Part shown: positions 40,591 to 53,764 of the stretch, one piece after another
Layout of the letters: each line of letters starts with the position of its first letter
How positions within the stretch are numbered: the stretch's first letter is position 1
From: Haliotis cracherodii
Lineage: Eukaryota
NCBI RefSeq assembly: GCF_022045235.1
Contig: NW_027266341.1
Location: 26,350,001 to 26,414,000, forward strand
Length of the DNA stretch: 64,000 bases
Reading direction: 5' to 3'
Made by a program: the position numbers and the translations under genes
Notes under the pieces: generated by a model
Seen by the model: the letters and a program-made list of their open reading frames with translations, nothing else
Databases searched by the model: none
What the model was told of the DNA's origin: nothing

Positions 40591-42009
40591 GGGTCCAACC
40601 CACATCAACCGGAACAGTCGGCAAGTAAAAACCATCACTTGAAACTCCGCGATAAGCCAGTATTCGCATCATGGGATCCTTCTCTCGTTCAGATTGGCAG
40701 TTTACATACATGTATGTGTGATGTTTGTATCCATTATTTGTTGTGAGTATTTCTATCTTGACGTCTTGATTACCCAAGGTCATTAGTGATAGGCTATTAC
40801 CCAAAATCATTATTGACTATGACCATAGGCTATAGATCATGCGTTGTTAAATCTATGTACGTTCTGCATTCCAAACGTAAACGTTACCCTATCAAATAAT
40901 TTTCGAAATTCAGAACAAGATCGTTATTGAATCATGTAATCGATGCACACACACAAAAGAAAATCGTATTAAATGATACCGATGATACAGAACCACATTC
41001 GTCTTATAGGCTCTATGTTAGAAATTGTAAATATTATTATTGCTTCTATTAGTTGTGCTTGTTCTCCCTTGACTACTAAATGCCTGCATCGTCAAAATAT
41101 GTTTTATTTTGTATTGTTTTGTGTTGTATTGTAGTGTGCATTGTTAGTTTCGTTTTAGTTAAGTACATTGTATTTTGTGAATTTACATCCATAGAACATT
41201 ATCAGCTGTTCACGTTAGATTGCTGCACCTAAAACACCCTTTTTCTGTGTATCGACCTCTGCAACAATGGCTTGTTCAACAGACTATTTACCTGTGTTCC
41301 CACGGCTATGATACAGTCCCTAGGGCAGGGATCCCGGGCGCCATGACCATCGTCAGAGGGTATAGCACGTTTCTTATGTGTGATGTTAATACCGTACATA
41401 CATGTTCGACTATGCTTGTCATAAGAGGCGACTAAAGGGATCGGTAGTCAGGCTCGCTGACTTGGTTGATGCATGTCATCGTATCCCAATTGTGTGGATC
41501 GATGCGCATGGTGTCAGTCACTGGATTGTCTGGTCCAGACTCGATTACTTACAGACCGCCGTCATGTAGCTGGAATATTGCTGAGTGCGGCGTTAAACAA
41601 CAAACCAACCAACATACATATTCCAGAAAACAAATCATCATAATGTACTCACGTTATAATGCTTATGAAACATTCTTAATTAAGACAAATTAAATCTAAA
41701 GTCGGTTTGAAAGTAAACGGTTCATCATTGAACGTGTTTATTGGTTTCTGAAATTTGATTTGATTGATTGTATGTCAAATTTGTTTGATAATGATTTATG
41801 TATTTTGAATTATCAATGTGGGTACAACAGCTAGCCACTCTATAACAAACAGGAATTCACATCTGACCTTGCCTACTCTTTCCTTCTCTCTGTGAGGCTT
41901 TTAGTCCCAAAGAATTACCATATTTTAGTTACATGATTTTTTGATTGTTTGTCGTTTAACGCTGCACTCCGTAATATTCCAGCTATATGACAGCGGACTG
42001 TAAATAGTC

Positions 42010-42288
42010 AGTGAGTGAGTTGGGGTTAACGCCGCTTTTAACAGTATTTAAAATATATCGAGGCGTGTCAGCTTAATGTGGGAGGAAAGCCCGAAGTGAT
42101 GCAGGTCTCAGACGTTTACCAGTGCGATAAAACCCACAAGCACGGGTAAGGGTGCTGACAAACCTAGAAACATAATCGGGGCGAACCGGGATTCGAACCC
42201 ACAATCATAGGTTTCTGCCGTGCCCAAGGGACGCAACTCTGCACAGCGAATAGCCGCGCCTTAGACGACTCGGGCACCCGTGCCCCCC
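42010..42288 (-). mobile_element. tRNA-headed SINE family D nested inside a family A SINE
   Basis: B box gggttcgaatccc and an (actc)n tail, flanked by ctgtaaata duplicated from the host SINE; decayed relatives at ~450-625, 10225-10437, 11910-12030, 22355-22460. Confidence 0.75.
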
Positions 42289-42529
42289 GGTCTGTAAATA
42301 ATCGAGTCTTGACCAGACAATCCAGTGATTGATATCATGAGCATCGATCTGCGCAATTGGGAGACGGCGACATGTATCAACCAAGTCAGCGAGTCTGACA
42401 ACCCGATCCCGTTAGTCGCCTCTTACGACAAGCATAGTCGACTCTTACGGGAAGTATGTTTTGATGGAGACCTATTCTACCCAGGATCTTCATGGGTAAC
42501 AGTCATTTTGTGCTGACCATAGTGCTTCT

Positions 42530-42945
42530 TGTATACACTCTTCAAAGAAAGAAACGCACATGTAGTATTTAGTTCATTGAACCTGACTACACAAAAAATC
42601 CGGTATATAAATCAGATATATGTCAGTGGAAAATGTTGGTTGCCTGATATTCAACAATCAGTGCGTCAAAAGGCAGCCATTGCCGATTTGCAATGTTTTA
42701 AACGGCATTGTTTTCACACTTGTTCACAAATGTAATGGAGGAAAACAGTGCAGCAAAATTCTTCAACTTCACCTTCTTCCGTGCCTTGGCCGCTAGAGGG
42801 AGCTGTTTCAACAGGAAAACGCTCTACCGCATACAGCCCCTGTCACGGTAGACGACCTCCATAATGCCCACATCAACGTCTTGCCCTGGCAGTCGAAATC
42901 TCCAGATCTCAAGCCATTCGAACACCTCTGGGATGAACTCGAATA
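42530..42945 (+). mobile_element. Tc1-like relic
   Basis: TA-cactcttcaaagaaagaaacgca terminus and peptide INVLPWQSKSPDLKPFEHLWDELE. Confidence 0.75.
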
Positions 42946-43149
42946 TGTGATTAATTGTGAAACTAACGGAATCGGGTGGTCAGGCTCGCTGACTTGGTTG
43001 CTGCATATCATCGTATCCCAATTGCGCAGGTCGATGAGCATGATGTCAATCACTGGAATGTCTGGTCCAGATTCGATTTTTTACAGACCGCCTTCATATG
43101 GCTGGAATATTGCTGAGTGCGGCTTTAAACAACAAAAACGAAAACACAA

Positions 43150-43353
43150 TGTTCTATGTCCGCCTGTCCGATCCCCCGTGTCCACGTCTCAACCCCCTTC
43201 ACAACAGCCAGGGTCAGCCAGGGGGACCTGTCTACACCCCATGACATCTCCCACAAACATTGCCACCTTACTCGCCTGGTCATCGGAGAAACACCCCGCC
43301 GACCCTATTTAGACAGCGGACATGTGCAGCAACACTTGCTTACACCACATCAT
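43150..43353 (-). pseudogene. Isolated, truncated exon-1 relic of the beta-lactamase-like family with its upstream region
   Basis: Minus strand reads ATG ATG TGG TGT AAG CAA GTG...GTC TAA (premature stop). It continues with exon-1-like sequence to the GQADIE codons, where a SINE tail truncates it. 43400-43870 matches the upstream regions of copies 1, 3 and 5. Confidence 0.88.
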
Positions 43354-44824
43354 GCTGCAGAGCTATAACAGAACTGCTGAGTCAGACGCCGAGAAATTCT
43401 GGCATGAGGTGGTTCAGGCTGAGATGGCATATACACTAAGTTACTATTTTCGCAGTGTAACACAGATCTGGGAGCAATCACGTGTACCGAACGCGAGATG
43501 CAGGGATGTAGGTTGTTCGTACAACGTTATTGTAATTTCCCCTGCGATTGTAATTCCCCCTGCCAATAATGTCTCTCGCAGGCAGACTCGGTATGTTTTG
43601 TTTCAGATAACAAGAAGATACATACCAGGGTGATGTCTGACAGACGCAGGGTGTTGGAAGAACAATCAGTATCACAGTGGTGTTAATCTTAAAGACACGA
43701 TTGTTGATTGGTGATGGTAATTGTGAGTTGTAAGGAAGATAACTCATCTTCTATTCTGATCGGGATTTTGTATTTTGCCGCAGTTCTACACACAACATAC
43801 ATGAGAAACTTAGCTGGCCAGGAGTACTTGATAAGTAAAAGAGATAAATTGTTAAATCTCATGAATGACTTTTGTCAAAGAGGGCAATATTCATAATGTT
43901 TATCATACGTGATGAATGGTTCTAACTGTAAAGTGGTTGATATCATGAGCATCAACCTACGCAATTGTAATACAATGACAAGTTTCAAGCGATTCAGTTA
44001 GTCGCCTCGTTCTGAGACCAATTCTAACCCAGATCTTCACAAGAGTCATAAACAGAGTACCAGTAACTATCTGTATCTATCTCATATGTTCACACATATC
44101 ACAACAAATTTTGGTTATGTTTTCACAAAATTACAAACTATTGCATCTCACAAGTTATTGAATCTCTTTGGACGCGAAGACATCGTCGACCATTGCTCAC
44201 ACGGTAACTATGTCTGCTTTACACGACGCTTACCAACCTGTCGACTCGTGAAGATCCGGGGTAGAATAGGTCTTCAGCAACCCATTATTGCCGTAAAAGG
44301 CGACTATGCTGGTCGTAAGAGGCGACTAACGGGGTCGGGTGGTCAGACTTGGTTGATGCATGTCATCGTATCTCAATTTCGTGGACCGATGCTCATGATG
44401 TCAGTCACAGGATTGTCTGGTCCAGACTGGATTATTCACAGACCTTTTTCACGGTCTTGTATTAATCATTTACAAGCAGTTGTCTCAGTTAGGTGACAAT
44501 GTTATTCTTTACTGAAGTACTTTGAAATGGAAAACCTTATTTGTTCATTTGTAATTTTTAAATTGAGCATAACAATCATCTTGTAATGTAGGTACAAAAC
44601 ACTACATGTCATTTTTTAGTATTTTCATGAATCCAATGATTGATAGAAAACCTCTCAATTTCTTTGATATATAATTTGTCAGCAATGTACATTCCACAAT
44701 GACTGCGTTAAGTAAATGTTTTTGGTGACGAAGATATGAATAATCTTGAGTAAACAATTTAAAGGAGTTACCGATAGTTCTAATAAAATATCCTGTTGTC
44801 ATAATACGATACTGGGTAACATAT

Positions 44825-45095
44825 GATTGGTTGGTTGGTTTGTTGTTTAACGCCGCACTCGGCAATATCCCAGCTATATGACGGCGGTCTGAAAATAATC
44901 GAGTCTGGACCAGACAGTCCAGAGATTGATATCACGAGCTTCGATCCACGCATTTGGGATCAATGACATGCATCAACCAAGTCAGCGAGCCTGACCACCC
45001 GATCCCCTTAGTCGCCTTTTACGACAAGCATAGTCACCTGTTACGGCATGCATGGGTTGCTGAAGACCTATTCTAACCCGGAATCTTCACGGGTC
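44825..45095 (-). mobile_element. SINE family A copy ~30 nt downstream of the copy 5 stop codon, sense orientation
   Basis: Full-length family sequence ending cttcacgggtc at 45095. Confidence 0.9.
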
Positions 45096-45125
45096 TGGGG
45101 GCAACAAATGAATACCACACAATCC

Positions 45126-46713
45126 CTACCACATGAACAAGACGACACTAAGTGCTGCGAGCACAATCAAAAGGTTGCTGAACTCCTTTACGGTCTGCCC
45201 ATTTGTTTCAGTTTTGGTACTTGTGTATATGTTTTTATCATAAAAACTGATACCTCTGTTAAATGTCAACTTGTGGGCGAAAATAAGGTCAATATGTGAA
45301 TACTTTCCTTTGTTTAACCCATGGAAGTGTACTGGGTCAAGGGACGTGGCATTACCTGGCCGAGAATATAATCGAAACGGGTCCCACATATCAAATTTGA
45401 ATGTACTTGTATCAGCTGTGGTATTGAGAGAACCCTGCAACAACCTGAAGTGTAGCTCCAGTGTCGACCCTGGTCCCCTCCTAACATAAAGGTCACCAAA
45501 CAAATAGTGTCCGTATTTGCCAACATAACAATCAAGGCATTCCACTTCAACGTTCGTGACGTCGGAATTATTTTGACCGCTTGGTGGCGCCTTGTCCCAT
45601 GGCAAAGGGAATGTGCAAGCCGTAGATGAATTTAGCCAAGGCTGATCACCAATCAAAATATCAGAAATATAGAATGAGATAATTTTTTCTGCAATTCCCT
45701 CATCCGCTGTCCCCGGTCCATTTGCACTCACAAAGATTCCAAACTCCAAGTCGGGGTAAAGTTCAAGGTAGGTTATGTAAGAATACAAGCCCCCAGTGTG
45801 CCTGACTTGTTTATATCCTGGAAAATAAAATACATTGAAATACACAAACAACGTTAATGATACATTAACCCCAGACAAATGCCTGGATCAAGGAATGAAG
45901 ATTCCCCTTATGTTTGTCGCACGTGATAGTGGTGTACACAAGTTGACAAATCAGTTGATTGAAGATTGAAAAAAATTAAAGTTGACCGTTTGAGTGTGTG
46001 AGAATGCACATGCTATTAAGTTTGCTTGTCTCAAATACTTTCTGTGAATATAAACAAAGCCGTTCCTTGACTGTATTGAGGAGTATAGTTAATCTTTGAG
46101 ACAGGGATTGCATGGTACTGTTGTTTGACCCAGCAATATATCTCAGTCTGTACGGATTTTTATGGGCTTTGGAATCCTTCACAAAAGAGGATGAGCATAT
46201 CTTCAGGCTTAGAGTCAAGCCAAATGTAGTTGGTACATTAATAACGGATTTCAGATGTTTTACTCAGTTAACATACTGGCCTCATTGGTGTCAGATAAAA
46301 ACACGGTCTTCAGGTGTACGCGTGTCTGTTTGCATTTTACCATTGGTTTACATGATTATAGAACATAGATCCATGTCCTAGACCAAATGCTTATACATTT
46401 GGCTCTTCAGTACATTTGTCCATCGTGCTTACTTAACCAAAGGACCACCTCCTAATCGGCATCAGTCCGGACTAGTACAAGCAGCCACACACACATACAC
46501 ACACGTGCATGCACGTCGCTATATAAGTGCAATAATCTTGGACGCGACGTTAAACCCAATTTCACCTCACCTCACCTAAAGGGGCTAAAACAAGGAGTGG
46601 TCGGATCGGAGTCAGTATACTGTGTCTGAGTGGGATATTCATGTTAAACTGCAGCATGGTATCTCAGTGAGCTAGCACTATAAATCGGCATCAGTCCGGA
46701 CTAGTACAAGCAG

Positions 46714-46791
<78 letters not shown>

Positions 46792-49700
46792 ATGCCCGTC
46801 GCTATATAAGTGCAATAATCTTGGACGAGACGTTAAACCCCATTTCACCTCACCTCACGTAACCAAAGACCACACACGACATTAAATTTAACATGGTGTA
46901 AAGTATAAGGCCTTAACAGTGGCCTGTGTACACTCGTTACCATTTTGTATTCCTCTTATTCTGTTTGTCGTTTTTAATTATTTTAAGTAGATGCTGCAGC
47001 CTTGTGGATAAAATATTTGTTAGTCACACTAACCATCAACGATTCATGTGTATACAATGGAAACAGCCAATTCTGTGTTTCCCACGGTTTTATGACTTGA
47101 ATATTGCTTATTTCAGCGTACATCGTTCTCATTCTATGCATGGCATGAATTAATTCTGGATTGTGTCTTACCCTTATAAGTCGACATGAACCATGCATAG
47201 CCATAGCCATACTGCAAGTCCAGCACGGGAAACTTTGGCTTTGACAAGGATAGCCTGGTAGGAATACTCTCGTGAGATTTAAATGTCTCCCCAAGTATTT
47301 TAGATTTGACCAGTGTTAGGTTGTCCGCTGTCACCCCTTGTCTCAGAAGGAAGTGCATCCATTTAGCCATGTCCTCTGCTGAAGACGCGATAGCACCCGC
47401 GGCCTCCGCTGGGTGGAGGCTGTGAACAGTCAAGACCAACAGATAAGAATGTGTTACCAATTACCTCGTCTTATAATGCTTCTATGAGAATCGGGTAGCT
47501 ACACTGTTTGACCATGTTGATCGTGTACCATTGTGCCCGACTTCGTGGATTGTTGCTCAGGCTTTCAACTACCGTATTCGACGTAATAAGCGCCTAGGGT
47601 GCTCTCAAAATTAGAAATGGGGGGTCTTATTTGAATATCATTTTGGTGAAAAAACATTGAAAGATACATTTCGAGGTTTATGCTGACAGCCTGAAATGTT
47701 TATGTACGACAGATATTTTTTTCCTGAATTTAATTTCCCATAATTAAGGGTGCATAAAACAAACGAGTGCGTATTATACGCGAATAAATAAGTCTTGTGT
47801 ACATTGATCAATCGGAAGGGGTGCTAATTGGGATTTTTCACTTGCCAATATCTTAGCAAATGTCGCCGTGGTCGCTTATTAGAGTAGGGCGCTTATTACG
47901 TCGTATACGGTAATCAATTCCCTTGAATCGATTATATACAGGCCACCGTTAAAATAGTTGAGTTTCGCTGACTGTGACTAAATGCATTCATTCTATCTGA
48001 ACCATCCCTCTAGTGCTTGACATCATGAGTTAGGAGTTGAGGTGAGGTGAAATGGGGTTCAACGTCGCGTCCAAGATTATTGCACTTATATAGCGACGTG
48101 CATGCACGTGTATATGTGGGTGTGTGGCTGCTTGTACTAGTCCGGACTGATGCCGATTTATAGTGCTAGCACACTGAGATACCATGCCGCAGTTTAACAT
48201 GAGACACAGTATACTGACTCCGAGCCGAACAGTCCTTGTTTTAGCCCCTTAATGCCGGGCGCCATACAGGGTAACAACAAGTACCATCTTTTAACGTCTT
48301 TTGGTATGACGCGGCCGGGGATCGAACCTCGGACCTTCCGCTCTTCGGGCGGACGCTCTACCATTAGACCACGGAGGCGGCCTCATGAGTTAGGAAATGA
48401 TGACATTATGAACCAACTCAGCCAACCTGATCACCCGATCCCGTTTGTCGCCTCTAACGACAAGCTTGGGTTGATGAAGACCAATTCTAACACGTATCTT
48501 CGCAGGGTGTACATATGTACAGATTGATATTAAACATTGTTAACAATAGTTTTTTAGAGTGTTTGTTTCATTGTTGTTTTTACTGATTAATCCTTGATGT
48601 GAAAAACATTTGTTTCTCATCCAAATAATATTTTGTTGAAAAAACGTAGGTACGTCAATAACCTTCCACTTGACATCCTTAATAACATTCATAAAGTGAA
48701 AACGCATGGTTAATTATCAAACTCAAATCATTAAATGTTTTATCTCACTCGTAAATGGAGGGGTCCGTTAATATGAGCTCATTCTCCACGTCAAAGTAGG
48801 GTTTGGCCATTTCTGGTGTCTTCACTGTTATCGTCTTTCCCAGGACACGTGACTGGTTCATTCCCAGTGGCTTGAAGATTCGTTTCTCCAGAGTGGCTTC
48901 GTAAGATTCCCCTGACAACACTTCCACAATATGGCCGAGCAGAGCGTACCCCCAGTTGTTGTACTCGAAGGCGTCACGGGATGGTTTAACTTCCGGAAGA
49001 AAGCGGAAACGCCTGTGTGCAGAACAATAATAAAATAAATAACAGTTGTTCACCAGATTCGTGGCTATGTTATGGTTTGGAATTGTGACTTCACGTTTCG
49101 TCACGTGATATGTATTAACCAATGAAATTTAGAGATTTCATCGATGTGTGGACTTCCATTGCACCAGCTTGGTGTCAGCGAAATAGACAGTCACAACTTT
49201 TCATCCAAACACCAATACAAAGACTGTCTAGATATAGTTTAGGCAACAGATGAATTGATGTCCGAGTTATTGCGTGTGTTTTGATATGGTTTATGAAGAG
49301 TATCATATTATCGTGCGGGTAATGTTTCATAATAATGATTGCCGAGAGTCAAGAAAATATTATCAGTTAAAATATATAGCAATCGGTTGTATTGAATGTA
49401 TTTCGTACAGCTTATTAGGCCTTTAATTTGCTAGTTTGTTTACGGATTTTTTTCTCAAAACCTGAAGTCGATGGTCGAAAAATTAACAGCAGCAAAACAC
49501 TTTCATGTCATTATGTTTGTCTTTTGTGAAAACAGGGTCAGAAGGTATTGAAAAAAGCCTCTGACAAATAAAACAGGAGTTGTGGCTTCAGTAGGGATCC
49601 AATCATGCCTCCCTCTGGAATTACAACACGTCCTGGGCCCATGAGGATCCAGGGTAGAACCGATGCTTGCCGTAAAAGGCCACTATGCTTGTCGTAAGAG

Positions 49701-52700
49701 GCGACTAACGGGATCGGGTGGTCAGGCTCACTGATTTGGTTGATGCATGTCATCGTATGCCATTTGCGTGGATCGTTGTTCATGATATCAATTACTGGAC
49801 TGTCTGGTCCAAACATATAGCATGAATATTGCCGAGTGCGGCGTTAAACAACAAACAAACTACACGTCCTACTACACAAGATATCAGATATGATTGTATC
49901 ATAGTCCAACATGGAAAGAAGAGCATTTCCTCCATGGTCTGCGATGACTCGAATTCAAACATGTTAATGTTGGTGTTCACATCCCGAGTCTCTGCCGGTA
50001 TACTGCGGCGCCTTAATGGCTGGCCACCCGTACGTTCTGGTACAGAACTGAATATACTGGAATGTGAAAGATAACATTTTCTTGATAAACAATAATGTGT
50101 ATTCTAATGAACGTTTACTTGGCAAATTCAGTTCTCGTTAAGTTGTGGTCCAGTCCCGCAAAGAGGGGCGGGACTGCAGGGTGGAGCCCTGTGCGGTGGG
50201 TCAAAAGGTCCCTCAGAGTAGTCTCCCTTGTTCTCTCCTCGTCAACAAATGCAAAGTCTCGACCCAACACGTCCTTCACCTTTGACGTCCATGTTAAACT
50301 GTAACAGTTATATACACGAATAACAACAATCATTTACAAGGGTTACTATGAATACTCACTCATACTTTACCACGATGACATATCGACTGTCTCTCTCTAC
50401 ATTTACTTTGACAATGTAACAATTTATATTTTCCTACGTAAGAGAGGGTTCATAATTAGGCTGCTGAAATCGACTTGAACATGTGAATGTGCAGATAGAA
50501 GCAACAAGTATTGGGTTGGATTCTGGAAAATACTTACATATAAAAGTTTTAAAATAGTTTTGGTTGTATAATTTTATTTAAGAACGCTGTGGAGTCAATG
50601 CCGTTATTTGATACTCGTTTTTACAGAATAATCTATCAAGCAATGAACTTATATGACATTATTTGATACTTGACGTGAATATCCCTCCATAAAGTATAAC
50701 AAGATATTGTTTCTGGTCATGTGGTAATTATAAGTAAGGGAGAGAATATATAGATGTCAACTTCTGTATTATGAGGAACACAACGTTTCGGAGTATATGA
50801 TGAAGGAGTAAGCCTATACTCCGAAACGTTGTGTTTCTCATAATAAAGAAGCTGACTTCCATATATTCTCTTCCTTATGTGAATCATTTCTAAATGCCTT
50901 CAAAGACCTATTCTCAAAGTGTCTAATTAGATTTTAAAGGGAACACTCGCTCACTCACTTTTTCATTTGAAAAGATTATTTGATGACTGTGTTTTTAAGC
51001 TTGTACCACCCCTACTTTAATTTATTCGATAAGGAGGTCAGGCAATTCCGACTGTGACAAGCATCTCGACAATCTACTTCCATGACAGGGCCACGCAATG
51101 TCGACTGTCACAGTCGCCTCGGCAGTCTTCTGCGATGGTACTGCTTTCATTAAATCAATGTAAAGCGAATTTCTAGTGGAACTTATTACACACACGGTAA
51201 TGCGGGAGCTTGAATTTAACCGCGTGAGAACAAGAATATCCCTAAAAGTAAACCTTTCTGCCAAAAAGGAATTTGGTACCTGGCGTAGGAATTTAAATTT
51301 GTTGGTTTTAATGTCGGCTTGCAAACTATGGCAGCAAAAGGCAAATAATACGTTGATGTTTATTCCCAGTAAATGATATGTACCACCCCAAAGAACACAA
51401 GCATGGCAACCAATTCATCATGTAATGCCATTCTTTATTTTTATCGTAAAATATATTATTCTTATACCTCACGAACATTGCAAGTTTTCCTGGAATGTTC
51501 CTATTGAAATATTACGTCACAAAGTTAGTGATTAATCAGTTGGACAGTGACATCAAGTAATATAGTTCCAACTGAAATTTCTTTTAGACAAAGATTTGCC
51601 GAATCTTTGACTATTATTTTGATGATAATAACAAGATTCATGGCGTACTATACTACATTGCATACTACTCAACAGGGACCAAGGCTATAACATAACCCCG
51701 GCGTACTGTCAACTCATCAAAGACCCCAATCAGTCATAATCATTTTGTTTATATTACTGGCTTCACCCTTTGGTTATATTACTGAGTTCGCCGGTCAGTA
51801 TGTTGACGACCCTTTTTGTGTACACAACAGGCTTCTCCACTTCAGTGTAACTATATCCGATATCTACTCTACTGTACAAACACTGACTCCTACCTGTATA
51901 TATACTGGTCAACCATACTCTGTACGTAACATTCTTGATAACAGTGTTAGAACCTTCACCGAAACGTCGCTCCTAGTTGTAATAAAGAAGTTGGTTATCC
52001 ATATATCTTATCCTCAGTACTCCAACTTCTAAATGCCTCTCATAGAAGTTACTACATTCCAGCAGTGTTTTAATTCATGTGTATTATTTGATCACTTTCG
52101 TCATTTTCTGCAAAACGGAACGTTGACTTCGTCTTTTCGGAGATAGGCCTACGTGGATGTGTGATTGGTGTTGGTGTCTCGGTTAGATGTCGTCACTCAT
52201 GTTGTCCTTTATTATGAGTCCCACTCACTTAACCTCTCTCGCCATTTCTAGCGGTATTATATATGCTTACACTTTCATGGTAGATATCTAACTTTACTCG
52301 AGACATTATAGAAAATAACATATGAGCTACAAGGAATTTAACGAGGTATGAACGATCCGCAATTCCAAACACACTGACTTATCGTTTATGGTACCAATGC
52401 CTATGTATTCACTCGATACGTAACTTCGGCTCCCTCCTGGTCTAGAAATATTGTAATAAAGTAACATTGCCAGTTGAGTAATAGGTGGAATGTATCATTT
52501 ATGTGTATTTATGACATACCTTCCATTACTTTCATCCAACATCATGGCCAGGAGGGTACTCGTGAAAGCCTTGGTCACAGATCCAATACCAAATAAAGTA
52601 TCCTTGGTGACGTTCACTCCTTGTTCTATGTCCGCCTTTCCGAACTCCCGTGTCCACGTCTCACCCCCCTTCATGACAGCCAGGGTCAGCCCGGGGACCT

Positions 52701-52824
52701 GTCTACACCGCATGACCTCTTCTACAAACATTGCCACCTTACTTGCCTGGTCATCGGAGAAAACCTCCGCCGACCCCAAGGAGATAGCGGACATGAGCAG
52801 CAGCACTGACATACCCCACATCAT
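45126..52824 (-). CDS. Serine beta-lactamase/PBP-like hydrolase, copy 5 (inverted), intact, 562 aa; exons 52824-52520, 50298-50119, 49012-48749, 47419-47172, 45817-45126
   Basis: Same exon sizes and phases; canonical GT/AG; SVTK, YNN and HTGG intact; hydrophobic C-terminus. Confidence 0.92.
45900..46300 (-). mobile_element. Penelope-like retroelement RT fragment in intron 4 of copy 5
   Basis: Peptide HKNPYRLRYIAGS..STMQSLSQRLTILL..VKERL..YSQKVFETSKLNSMCILTHS, followed by a degenerate D..STLYTTI motif; typical of PLE reverse transcriptases. Confidence 0.75.
46716..46787. repeat. (CA)n microsatellite inside a SINE C tail
   Basis: Pure CA run of about 70 bp. Confidence 0.95.
47570..47912. mobile_element. 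Tc1/pogo-type MITE
   Basis: TA-ccgtattcgacgtaataagcgcc ... ggcgcttattacgtcgtatacgg-TA inverted ends. Confidence 0.85.
48036..48382 (-). mobile_element. SINE family C copy
   Basis: TSD tcatgagttagga (48023-48035, 48383-48395). Confidence 0.88.
50735..50905. mobile_element. Second inverted-repeat Penelope-like terminal element
   Basis: Long palindrome around gatgaaggagtaagcctatactccgaaacgttg; same family as 53257-53422. Confidence 0.65.
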
Positions 52825-53256
52825 GTTTCAAAGTTCTCAAAGGACTGAACGGCTGAACCTCACAATATGGGTAGGCCTCCACCTAAATAAGCCCGCCGAG
52901 AAAATAATTGATTCTGGTAAGACGCGATATAGAATGAGATGGAATATGAGCTGATATAACACACAGCAACAACAGGTCACATGTGCCGAACGCGAGATGC
53001 AGGGACTTAGGTTGTTTGAACACGTTCCTCCCGACCATACCCTCATCAACAGACTCGGTATGTTTTACTTCAGATAGAAAGGAGACTCATACCAGCCGTA
53101 CTACGGTGATGTATGACAGACGTGGGATAGTGAAGAGGTCAGTCACTGATACAGTAGTGTGAATCTAGTATCAAATATATCGTTGGGATGTGTCGGGTCG
53201 TGGTAATTGTAGATGAGAAGTTTTAGAGTCTCTGAACGGCATCTAGAAGTGATACA

Positions 53257-53422
53257 CATAAGGAAGAGAATGTTATTATGAGGAACACAACGTTTCGGAG
53301 TATATGCTTACTCCTTTATCAGGTGAATAAAAAATCGGACCAGATGAAGGAGTAAGCATATACTCCAAAACGTTGTGTTCCTCATAATAAAGAAGTTGAC
53401 ATCCATAAATTCTCTTCCTTAA
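53257..53422. mobile_element. Inverted-repeat Penelope-like terminal element with hammerhead-like motifs
   Basis: Two inverted copies of c(t/a)gat(g/a)aa-ggag-taagcatata-ctcc-gaaacgttgtgttcctcataataa; a related copy lies at 50735-50905. Confidence 0.65.
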
Positions 53423-53504
53423 GTTTTAGAGGTTGTTTATACTTATAGATAGCTAGAATTTTTACTTGTAAACTTAGTCTAAGTAAATCTCTAAGTGTCC
53501 AAAA

Positions 53505-53764
53505 AATGTGTTTGTTGTTTTACGCCGCAATCAGCATTATTCCAGCTATATGGCCGTCGTCTGTAAATAATCGAATCTGGACCAGATAATCCAGTGATTG
53601 ACATCATGAGCATCGATCCACGCAATCGGGATCGATGACATTCTTCAACCATGTCAGCGAGCCTGACCACCCGACCCCGTTAGTCGCCTTTCACAAGCTT
53701 AGTCGCCTTTTACGGCAAGTATGGGTGGCTGAAGACCTATTCTACCCCGGAATCTTCACGGGTC
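53505..53764 (-). mobile_element. SINE family A copy
   Basis: Full length; TSD tctctaagtgtccaaaa. Confidence 0.9.
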
